Source: an uncultured Gemmatimonadales bacterium (GTDB lineage: Bacteria > Gemmatimonadota > Gemmatimonadetes > Gemmatimonadales > Gemmatimonadaceae). Taken from it: DNA of 64,000 nt. A program made the position numbers and the translations under genes. Position 1 is the first letter of the stretch. The number at the start of each line of letters is the position of its first letter. Positions 42,195-50,748 of this stretch are shown here, piece after piece. The stretch spans positions 160,001 through 224,000 of the forward strand of contig CAWBZV010000005.1 of assembly GCA_963793305.1 (NCBI GenBank). Direction: 5' to 3'. The notes beneath the pieces were generated by a model that ran no database searches, had not been told where the DNA came from, and saw only the letters and a list, made by a program, of their open reading frames with translations.

Positions 42195-42339
42195 CTGTCA
42201 ACAAATGCGGCAGCGGTCGAAAGGGGCACCGCAGACTGCAATGCGTCGTGCAAATCACGCCGCTGATTCATCTGGATCGCGAAGATTGCCCGACGTTCAT
42301 GTTGTTCTATGGCAATAACTTACATAGTTGAGTTCGTCG

Positions 42340-42355
42340 TGGCCCGAGCGTTGCC
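42340..42355 (+). promoter_or_regulatory. Sigma54 -24/-12 promoter of the first pilin
   Basis: TGGCCC-N5-TTGCC with exact GG-N10-GC spacing; IHF-like TGGCAA-N4-TTA at 42310-42322. Confidence 0.75.
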
Positions 42356-42432
42356 TTAGTACCGCGCAGACGTCGGTACACGGTGACGCGTGGTCACCGG
42401 GCCCTCAACACCCCCCTCCGGAGTATCTAGTC

Positions 42433-42846
42433 ATGAAGACGGCCAAGAAAGGTTTCACACTGATCGAGCTTCTGATCGTCGTGGTCATTATCGGTATTCT
42501 TGCCGCGATCGCGATTCCGAAGTTCGCTTCGACGAAGCAGAAGGCGTATACCGCCTCGATGAAGACTGACCTGCGTAACCTCGTGACCGCGCAGGAAGCG
42601 TACTTCTCCGACAACACGACCTACGCTGGCGCGACGGCGAGCCTTTCGACCTCGTTCCACGTGTCGGCTGGTAACGCGGTTGCGTTCGTCTCGAACACCG
42701 CGACGGGTTGGAGCGCGACGGCGACGAACACGTTCGTCCCGACGACCGCGAGCGGCCATATCTGCGGCGTGTGGGTTGGTGGTTCGGCGTCGCAGCCGAG
42801 TGGTATCACGGCTGACTCGATCGAAGGTGCGCCGGCTTGTTCGTAA
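42433..42846 (+). CDS. pilA: Type IVa major pilin, copy 1
   Basis: MKTAKKG/FTLIELLIV class III signal, GGAG RBS, C-terminal Cys pair. Confidence 0.92.
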   Translation: MKTAKKGFTLIELLIVVVIIGILAAIAIPKFASTKQKAYTASMKTDLRNLVTAQEAYFSDNTTYAGATASLSTSFHVSAGNAVAFVSNTATGWSATATNTFVPTTASGHICGVWVGGSASQPSGITADSIEGAPACS

Positions 42847-42869
42847 GCTGACCTGAAGTTCCGCTTTGC

Positions 42870-42906
42870 CGACGGGCCGGGGATAACTCCCCGGCCCGTC
42901 GAGTTT
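42870..42906 (+). terminator. Terminator-like hairpin between the two pilins
   Basis: 14-bp perfect stem CGACGGGCCGGGGA-TAAC-TCCCCGGCCCGTCG with a short T tail. Confidence 0.65.
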
Positions 42907-42976
42907 GCAGACCACGTTGGGACAGTCTGTCACTTCACCCTCAAGTTGCGAAAGCAGAGTGCCGATAATGAACAGT

Positions 42977-43393
42977 ATGCGATACTCTCAGAAGAAAGGC
43001 TTCACTCTGATCGAACTTCTGATCGTCGTGGTGATCATCGGCATTCTTGCCGCAATCGCGATCCCGAAGTTCGCGTCGACGAAGCAAAAGGCGTATACCG
43101 CCTCGATGAAGACCGACCTGCGGAACCTCGTGACAGCCCAAGAGGCGTACTTCTCGGACAACACGTCCTACGCGGGGGCCACTGCCAGCCTCTCGACCTC
43201 GTTCCACGTGTCGGCGGGTAACGCGGTTTCCTTCGTCTCGAACACCGCGACGGGTTGGAGCGCGACGGCCACCAACACGTTCGTCCCCGCGACCGCGAGC
43301 GGCCATATCTGCGGCGTGTGGGTTGGCGGTGCCGCGTCGAAGCCGAGCGGCATCAATGCCGACTCGCTCGAGGGCGCCCCGGGCTGTTCTTGA
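42977..43393 (+). CDS. pilA: Type IVa pilin, copy 2
   Basis: MRYSQKKG/FTLIELL; mature protein differs from copy 1 at 8 of 130 residues; alternative start at 42968. Confidence 0.9.
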   Translation: MRYSQKKGFTLIELLIVVVIIGILAAIAIPKFASTKQKAYTASMKTDLRNLVTAQEAYFSDNTSYAGATASLSTSFHVSAGNAVSFVSNTATGWSATATNTFVPATASGHICGVWVGGAASKPSGINADSLEGAPGCS

Positions 43394-43521
43394 CGGTCAC
43401 GTTTGTGATCGGGCCGAAGCCCAACGTTACCTTTGCGCCCTTCAAGTCGTGTGACTGGGAGAAATGACCGGTTCGTAGGTCGATCCGACCACCTGTCTCT
43501 CCCACTCACACGACAACGTTT

Positions 43522-44565
43522 ATGGGGCTCTTCGGCCGCAAGAAAACCACCATCGGACTCGATATCGGATCCGGCCTCGTCAAGGTCGTCGTGATCGAGC
43601 ACGGGCGCGAGCCCGAGCTGACGAGAGTCGCGATTACCCCACTGTCCGCCGACGCGATCGTCGATGGCGAGATCATGGATCCGACGATCGTCGCCGACGC
43701 GATCCGGCAGGCGCTGGAGACCGCGGGGGTGAAGAAAGCCAAGGGCGTCGTGACGGCCGTGGGTGGTCGCGACGTGATCATCAAGAAGATCCAGATCGAG
43801 CGCGTGAAGGAATCCCAAGCGCGCGAGCTGATGCGCTGGGAAGCCGAGCAACACGTGCCGTTCGACATGGAATCGGTCGAGCTGGACTTCCAGATCTTGG
43901 ACCCCGATGGGGACGGCCTGGAGATGGCCGTGCTGCTGGTGGCCGCGAAACGCGAGCTCGTCGAGAACCGCCTGCGCTTACTCACCGACGCCGGGTTGGC
44001 TCCGACGACCGTCGATGTCGATGCCTTCGCGCTCCACAATGCCTTCGAAGTGAACTATCCGGACGCGATGACCGGTGTTGTCGCGCTGGTGAACATTGGC
44101 CACGAAGTCACAAATATTAATATCTTGGACGATGGCGTCCCGATCCTGACCCGCAATGTGGCGGTCGGCACGCGCCGGCTGAGAGAAGATCTGCAACGCG
44201 AGCGCGGGCTGTCGCAGGAAGAAGCCGACGGTCTACTGCAGGGGTTCGATCGCTCGCCCCACCTGGATGCCGTGATCGAGACGCGGAGCGAGGAGATCGC
44301 GGTCGGCATCGAGCGCGCCGCGGCGTTCCTCGCCTCGTCGTCCCGCTCGGCCGGCCAGCTGCGCGCCGTGTACACGTGCGGCGGCGGGGCGCGGATTCCG
44401 GGACTCACCGAAGCGTTGGCCTCGCGCCTCCGCTTGTCGGTCGAGCAAGCGAACCCGTTGGCGAACTTGAAGGTGCGTGACGGCGCTTTCGATTCGCTCG
44501 TCACAGACGAAGTCGCGCCACTCTTGATGCTTCCGATTGGTCTCGCCCTTCGCCACGCCGCGTGA
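43522..44565 (+). CDS. pilM: Type IV pilus assembly protein
   Basis: IGLDIGSG, EAEQHVPF, VAAKRE, GGGAR, IGLALR. Confidence 0.93.
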   Translation: MGLFGRKKTTIGLDIGSGLVKVVVIEHGREPELTRVAITPLSADAIVDGEIMDPTIVADAIRQALETAGVKKAKGVVTAVGGRDVIIKKIQIERVKESQARELMRWEAEQHVPFDMESVELDFQILDPDGDGLEMAVLLVAAKRELVENRLRLLTDAGLAPTTVDVDAFALHNAFEVNYPDAMTGVVALVNIGHEVTNINILDDGVPILTRNVAVGTRRLREDLQRERGLSQEEADGLLQGFDRSPHLDAVIETRSEEIAVGIERAAAFLASSSRSAGQLRAVYTCGGGARIPGLTEALASRLRLSVEQANPLANLKVRDGAFDSLVTDEVAPLLMLPIGLALRHAA

Positions 44566-44569
44566 CACT

Positions 44570-45292
44570 ATGATTGAAATCAACCTGCTGCCAGGCGCCG
44601 GGAAGAAAGCCCGCGGGAAAGCGGGCGGTCCCGATGTCGGAGGGAAGGTCGCCTCCGCCGCGTCGGCGCTCAAGGAACCGTACCTGATTCTCTGCGTCAT
44701 GACGCTGCTGCTGGCGGGCGGGGTGATCGGGTTCATGTTCAAGCAGCAAGACGACAAGAACCAAGAGCTCACGGCCACCGAGCAGAAGAACGTGCAGGAC
44801 TCGACGCGCTACGCGGCCGTCCTGCGCGAGAAGAAGAAGGCCGAGACGCAGCGCGACTCGGTCATGCACCAGCTGAATATCATCAAGACCATCGACAACA
44901 ATCGCTTCGTCTGGCCCCACGTGATGGACGAGATCAGCCGGGCCATGCCACAGTACACCTGGTTGACGGCGCTGGAGCAGACGAGCGCGGTCACGATCGT
45001 CGGCACGGTCGACACGACGACCAAGAGCAAGAAAAAGAAGGCCGAAATGGAAGACGAGCCGGCGCCGAAGCTCACGTTCCGGATCGCCGGGAACACCGTC
45101 GACATTCAGGCGCTGACGCGGTTCATGAAGCTGCTCGAGGCGTCGCCGTTCATTCAGAACGTGCAGCTCGAGAAGTCGGATGTCGCGTTGGTCGATGGGA
45201 AGGATGTGACCGAGTTCTCGCTGTCGGCCGAGTATCAGACGCCCGACTCGACGGCGATCCGCACGATCCCCCTCACGCTGTCGGTGCGGTAA
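44570..45292 (+). CDS. pilN: Type IV pilus assembly protein
   Basis: MIEINLLP, single TM, coiled coil. Confidence 0.9.
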   Translation: MIEINLLPGAGKKARGKAGGPDVGGKVASAASALKEPYLILCVMTLLLAGGVIGFMFKQQDDKNQELTATEQKNVQDSTRYAAVLREKKKAETQRDSVMHQLNIIKTIDNNRFVWPHVMDEISRAMPQYTWLTALEQTSAVTIVGTVDTTTKSKKKKAEMEDEPAPKLTFRIAGNTVDIQALTRFMKLLEASPFIQNVQLEKSDVALVDGKDVTEFSLSAEYQTPDSTAIRTIPLTLSVR

Positions 45293-45298
45293 CCCGCT

Positions 45299-45943
45299 AT
45301 GCAATTCCCTCCGAAAACCCCGCGCGACCTGGCGTACCTGGGCTTCTGTATCGTCTGGTTCGGCGGCATCTTCGCCTACTGGACGATGGCGTACTCGCCG
45401 AAGGAGTCCGAGCTGGCCGCGGTGCAGTCGCACATCCAGCAGCTCGAGCAGGGCAACCAGCGGGCGAAGGCCGAGCTGGCCAAGGGCAGCGTGAACGATC
45501 TGCGCGCCCAGGCGCTCCGCTATCAGCAGAACCTGCAGCTGATGCGGCAGCTCGTGCCGACCACCAACGAAGTGCCGGCGCTGCTCGAGCAGGTGTCGAC
45601 GGCCGCGCGGCGAGTGAACCTCGAGCTCAACGGCGTCGATCCGGAGCCGGTGATCTCGGGCGACCAGTTCGATACCTATCGCTATCAGATCACCGTGATC
45701 GGTGACTACCACGCGCTCGCGGCGTTCCTGACGAACATCGGTTCGCTGACGCGTATCGTCGCCCCGGTCAACCTCAAGCTCGCGGCAATGTCGCAGCAGG
45801 ACGCGGACCGCCTCCATGCGGGCCGCAACAAGTCGGCGCTGAGCTCCAAGTTCGAGATCCAGACCTACGTCGCCAAGGGCGCCGCGGCCACGGTGGACCC
45901 GTCGGTCCACGGGCGGCCGGCGAAGCCCGGAGCCAAGTCATGA
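45299..45943 (+). CDS. pilO: Type IV pilus assembly protein
   Basis: TM, coiled coil, EVPALLEQV, GDYHALAAF; position in the operon. Confidence 0.88.
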   Translation: MQFPPKTPRDLAYLGFCIVWFGGIFAYWTMAYSPKESELAAVQSHIQQLEQGNQRAKAELAKGSVNDLRAQALRYQQNLQLMRQLVPTTNEVPALLEQVSTAARRVNLELNGVDPEPVISGDQFDTYRYQITVIGDYHALAAFLTNIGSLTRIVAPVNLKLAAMSQQDADRLHAGRNKSALSSKFEIQTYVAKGAAATVDPSVHGRPAKPGAKS

Positions 45944-46716
45944 TGATGCGATCTATCGGGTTCGTCCTCGCCAGTGTCGCGATCATCGCGACGCGGGCCA
46001 ACGCGCAGGGAATGATCAGCGGCGCGAAAGCGGTTGCCGGTCGTGCGGCGAGCGCAGTGAACGCGCACACCGCGGCTGAGCAGAGTCCCACCGCCACACC
46101 CACCGGCACGACCACCGCAGCGACGCCGGCGGCGTCGACCGCGGCGAGCAAGGTCACGCCAATTACCACCACCGCCAAAACGACTCCGGTCGTCACCACC
46201 ACGACGAAGTCGTTGGCGGCGCCCGCCGCCACGACCAAGGCTGCCCCGGCCGCGACAACGAAGCCCGTCGCGGTCGCCAAGGCGGCCCCGGTAGCAAAGA
46301 CGGCGCCGGCGGCTGCGCCAATGGTCACATCGGACACCGGCGCGCGCTCGATCTCGGTCACGCAGCGCGGCATGAAAGGCGAGGTCTCGCTCAACCGCGA
46401 AGTGTTCAGCTACGACGCAGGCGGCCGACGCGATCCGTTCGTCTCGCTGCTCCGCAATGGCGATCTTCGCCCGATGCTGAACGACCTGCGCTTGGTGGCG
46501 GTGCTCTACGACCCCACCGGGCGTAACTCGGTCGCCGTGATGAACAACGTCACGACGAAGGACAACCAGTACCGGGTCAAGGTGGGCCAGACGCTCGGAC
46601 GCATGCGCGTCGCCGGCATCGAGCCCCGGGAAGTCGTGTTCACGATCGAGGAGATCGGGTTCAGTCGCCAGGAAGCGCTGGTGCTCGGTGATTCATCCAG
46701 AGTGAGGACGCAATGA
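45940..46716 (+). CDS. pilP: PilP-like protein with a Thr/Ala/Pro-rich linker
   Basis: GRRDPF motif, YRVKVGQTLG; lies between pilO and pilQ. Confidence 0.7.
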   Translation: MMMRSIGFVLASVAIIATRANAQGMISGAKAVAGRAASAVNAHTAAEQSPTATPTGTTTAATPAASTAASKVTPITTTAKTTPVVTTTTKSLAAPAATTKAAPAATTKPVAVAKAAPVAKTAPAAAPMVTSDTGARSISVTQRGMKGEVSLNREVFSYDAGGRRDPFVSLLRNGDLRPMLNDLRLVAVLYDPTGRNSVAVMNNVTTKDNQYRVKVGQTLGRMRVAGIEPREVVFTIEEIGFSRQEALVLGDSSRVRTQ

Positions 46717-48672
46717 AGCATGTGAGGATGCTGATCGCCGCCTCCGGTCTGGCGCTCGGAAGCGCGCAGGCCATGGTGGTGGCTACCCCGCCGGCGCCGC
46801 GCGTCGCGGGTGCCGTCACGGGGGTCAGCGTACTCCCGTCGGCCGGGAGAGCAGACGTGGTCGTCGATGTCGACAAATCCGTCGACATCCAGGACTTCGT
46901 CTTGGAGATGCAGCCCTACCGGATCGTCGTCGACTTCACCGGCGCCCGGTTGGCGACAGGCTCACGGTTCTACGATCGCTCGCCACGCGGTGCGATCACG
47001 AACGTGCGCTACGCACAGTACAAGGCCGGCGTCGTCCGCGTCGTGATCGAGCTCGATGGCGCGCACAAGTACAGCATGACGCGCGATGACCACGCGGTCC
47101 ACGTGACCATCGATGGCGGCGAGGGCCAGTTCGCGGCCTGGTCGTCGGGTGGCGTCACGTTCCCCGTGACGGCTGCCGCGTCGATCGCGCCGGCCGCGTC
47201 GATCACCGCGATGCCCGCGGACGCGGTCCAGCAGGGGATAACCCCCGCGGCGCCGATCGTCTCCAGTGCCGCTGGCCTCGTGGTTCCGGTCGCGAAGCGC
47301 TCGCCGGTGCCAATCCCCGGCCACAGTGTGCTGCAGCACGCGACGCAGTCCACCCAGCCGCGGATCAACATTACCTATTACGACGCCGAGATCCGGGAAG
47401 TGCTCGGCGCCTTCGCTGCCTTCTCGGGCCGGACGATCATCGTCGGCCGCGAAGTGCAGGGGAACGTGACCGCCGAGATTCGCGATCAACCGTGGGATGT
47501 CGCGCTGCAGTCGATTCTGTCGGCCCAGCAGCTGGCGGCCTCGGAAGACCAGTACGGCATTATCACGGTCGACTCCTATAAGAACATTCAGGCCAAGCAA
47601 GCCAGCGAGCCGCTGATTACGCAGCTCGTGTCGATCAACTACGCGAGCGCCCCGTCCCTCGTCGCGACCGTCAATTCATTGCTGGCGCGCGACTGCGGCG
47701 GAGCGGGTGGTGGTGGCGGGACGCCGGCTGCCTGCGCACCGCGCGGGAACGTCGTCGCGGACTCGGGGACGAACAGCCTCTTGATCACCGAATCGCAGTC
47801 GCACATGAACGACGTGATCAACTACGTGCGCGACCTCGATATCCGGACGCCGCAGGTGTCGATCAAGGCCAAGATCGTGTTCATCAATCGCACGGTCGCC
47901 CAGCAGCTCGGGTTGGCCTACGACTTCGAGGAGCCGAACCAGTACTTCAACAAGCTCGTCGACCACGTCAACCCGGCGCAGGCGCCGAGCTTGTACGACC
48001 CGAATACCTATGTCGTCAACCTGGGCGGCGACGCGCTCGCTGGTATCGCCAACGCCAGCCGGCCGCTCGCGTCGGGGTCGGCGCTCAACCTGATCTACTC
48101 GATGAGCCTCGGGAAGTTCTCGCTCACGTCGTTCCTCGACGCGTTGGCGATGAACAACCTGTCCGACGTGCAGGCCGAGCCGAGTGTGGTCACGCTCGAC
48201 AACCGGCCGGCGAAGATCCAGGTCGGTCAGGAAACCCCGATCCGCGTGATCGACGCCTCGTCGAACGGCGTCGGCGGAACGGCCCGTGCGACGGTGTCCT
48301 TCAAGGAGACTGGTATCATCCTCCAAGTGACGCCGCACATTACGAACAACGGCCAGGTCCTGATGCAGCTGCACGCCGAGCAGTCGACGCTGTCACAGAC
48401 GGGCGGCGACCTCGGGTACTTCTTCTTCAAGCGCTACGCCGACAACCAGCTCCTCGTGAACGACGGCGAGACGGCGGTAATCGGTGGCCTCACGCAGACG
48501 ACAGTGACGAAGTCGAAGTCGGGCATTCCGTTCCTCTCCGACCTGCCGCTGATCGGGAGCTTGTTCTCCCAGAACGTCGAACGAGGAAGACAAGCAAGAC
48601 CTGCTGATCCTCGTGACACCGCACATTCTGCCCGAGAACGAGGCCGTCCGCACGCCGTCCGCGACGCGCTGA
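46713..48672 (+). CDS. pilQ: Type IV pilus secretin (apparent frameshift at 48578-48583)
   Basis: AMIN domain, PWDVAL, TGIILQVTPHI, GETAVIGG, GIPFLSDLPLIG; corrected tail DLLILVTPHI. Confidence 0.92.
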
Positions 48673-48735
48673 GGTCTGTTTCGCCCCGTTCGCCCGCTCG
48701 GAGCGTTCTCCGGGCGGGCGACGTATTTTGGGGTA

Positions 48736-49926
48736 ATGCTGCGCTTCACCACCGCCGGCGAATCCCACGGCCCAGCCCTCGTCAGCATCCTCGAGGGGAT
48801 GCCCGCCGGCGTCCCATTAGTCGCCGCGGACGTCAACTCGGAGCTCTCGCGCCGCCAAGCGGGCTACGGCCGCGGGCGCCGCATGCAAATCGAGCGCGAT
48901 GAGATCGAGTGGCTCGCCGGCGTCCGCGCCGGTCAGACGCTCGGCTCCCCAATCGCCATGCTGATTCGGAATCGCGACTGGTCGCACTGGCAGGATATCA
49001 TGGATCCTGCCGCTCGCCCCGAGGACACCTCCTCTCTCCGCAAACGTGCCGTCACCCGTCCGCGCCCAGGCCATGCAGACCTGACAGGCGTCCTGAAATA
49101 CGACCGCGAGGACGCGCGTGATATCCTGGAGCGCGCCTCGGCGCGCGAGACCACGGCCCGCGTGGCGGCAGCAGCGGTGTGTCGGCGGTTCCTGGCCGAA
49201 TTCGCGATCACCATCGGGAGTCATCTCGTCCATCTTGGCGGAGTAGATGCCGAGGTGCCGGCATGCCTCCCGGATGACATCAATGCCGCGGCCGATGAGT
49301 CACCGCTTCGCACGCTGGACCGCGCGGCCGAGCAAGTAATGATCGAGCGTATAGACGCCGCCAAGGCCGAGGGAAACACGCTCGGTGGCATATGTGAAGT
49401 CGTAACGCGCGGTCTCCCAGTGGGCCTGGGCTCCCATGTCTCCTGGGACCGCAAACTCGATGGCCGGCTCGCCGCCGCAATCATGTCGATCCCCGCGGTG
49501 AAGGGCGTAGAGATAGGCATTGGATTCGAAGCCGCTCGTCGAACGGGCGCAGAGGTTCATGATGAGATAGAATCGGCGCCCAATCGGCCGCTGACCGGAA
49601 ATACGCGACGGAAGACCAACCGGGCGGGGGGTCTCGAAGCGGGCATGACAACAGGCGAGCCACTCATCGTCCGCGTGGCGATGAAGCCGATCTCGACGCT
49701 CATGCGCCCGCTCCAAACGATCGACTTGAAGACCAACGAGCCGGCGGCCGCGGTGGCCGAGCGTAGCGATGTGACGGCCGTCCCGGCGATGGGAGTGATC
49801 GCCGAAGCGATGGTCGCCCTGGTCATGGCGAACGCGTTCGTCGAGAAGTTCGGTGGCGACTCCCTTGGCGAGGTCCGCCGGAATTACGACGCTTACGTCA
49901 ATCACATCGCCCAGCGCCTCAGGTGA
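48736..49926 (+). CDS. aroC: Chorismate synthase
   Basis: TAGESHG, RPGHAD, ERASARET, MKPIST. Confidence 0.95.
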   Translation: MLRFTTAGESHGPALVSILEGMPAGVPLVAADVNSELSRRQAGYGRGRRMQIERDEIEWLAGVRAGQTLGSPIAMLIRNRDWSHWQDIMDPAARPEDTSSLRKRAVTRPRPGHADLTGVLKYDREDARDILERASARETTARVAAAAVCRRFLAEFAITIGSHLVHLGGVDAEVPACLPDDINAAADESPLRTLDRAAEQVMIERIDAAKAEGNTLGGICEVVTRGLPVGLGSHVSWDRKLDGRLAAAIMSIPAVKGVEIGIGFEAARRTGAEVHDEIESAPNRPLTGNTRRKTNRAGGLEAGMTTGEPLIVRVAMKPISTLMRPLQTIDLKTNEPAAAVAERSDVTAVPAMGVIAEAMVALVMANAFVEKFGGDSLGEVRRNYDAYVNHIAQRLR

Positions 49927-50444
49927 ACGGTCACCTCGTTCTCATTGGGCTTCCGGGAGCCGGCAAAAGCACCGTCGGCCCTCTCGTGGCGCGGCGACTG
50001 GATCTCAGGTTCTGGGACTTCGACGCCGAGATCGAACGCCGCACGCGACGCACGGTACCGGCTATCATTCGTGTTGACGGCGAGCAGGCGTTTCGCGACT
50101 TGGAGCATAAGCTGACCGCTGAGCTCGCATCGGCACACCCTGCCGTCTTGGCGCCCGGTGGCGGCTGGGTAACCCGCCCTGATACGGTCGCGCTGTTGCG
50201 CCCGAGGGCGCGATTGGTCCACCTCAAGCTTACGCCGGCAGCCGCGCTCCGCCGACTTGGCAGCGCTCGACTGGCCCGGCCTCTGCTTAATGGGGAGGAC
50301 CCATTGGCCCAAATGACGGCGCTGGAAGCCGCCAGAAGGACGGCTTACGGAAGCGCAGATTGGGTGATAGATACGGAACTACTTACCGTACAAAGGGTTA
50401 TCGATATCATTGTCGAGCTTGTCTCGGCCCCCGGTGCCGGGTAG
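49923..50444 (+). CDS. aroK: Shikimate kinase
   Basis: GLPGAGKS, GEQAFRDLE, GGG, RPLL. Confidence 0.9.
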   Translation: MNGHLVLIGLPGAGKSTVGPLVARRLDLRFWDFDAEIERRTRRTVPAIIRVDGEQAFRDLEHKLTAELASAHPAVLAPGGGWVTRPDTVALLRPRARLVHLKLTPAAALRRLGSARLARPLLNGEDPLAQMTALEAARRTAYGSADWVIDTELLTVQRVIDIIVELVSAPGAG

Positions 50445-50505
50445 GTTAGCGCGACTGCTGGCGATGACGACGAATTTTTTTGGACCGGTAGTGTTATAGG
50501 ACGGT

Positions 50506-50742
50506 ATGACCTTTCGAATTTTGGGCCCACACGAGCGCGCTCGATTTGCCCCAGAGGCTTGGGGGCATCTCTTGTCGCTGCGCGGAGCGGGCATGTTGTC
50601 GGCCATTGAGCTGGAGCACGTTATTGATCGTGCGATGGCGCAAATCGATGGGCGGATTGCCTTAGACGACCTTCGATCGTTGATGGAGGGGACGGGTTTC
50701 GATGACGGTGGACCCGCCGCCGACCACGCGATCGTTCATTAG
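50506..50742 (+). CDS. Small conserved protein, Smg/DUF494-like
   Basis: FRILGPHE...LEHVIDRAM, directly upstream of topA as smg commonly is. Confidence 0.55.
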   Translation: MTFRILGPHERARFAPEAWGHLLSLRGAGMLSAIELEHVIDRAMAQIDGRIALDDLRSLMEGTGFDDGGPAADHAIVH

Positions 50743-50748
50743 AAGACC

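Noticed and set aside
42433..43393. Electrically conductive (e-pilus) pilins
   Set aside because: The N-terminus resembles Geobacter PilA with aromatics at 1, 24, 32, 50, 51 and 57, but position 27 is Thr, the pilin is full length and no multiheme cytochromes are in the window
42433..43393. Pilin duplication as an assembly artefact
   Set aside because: Different leaders, 8 amino-acid changes and many synonymous differences
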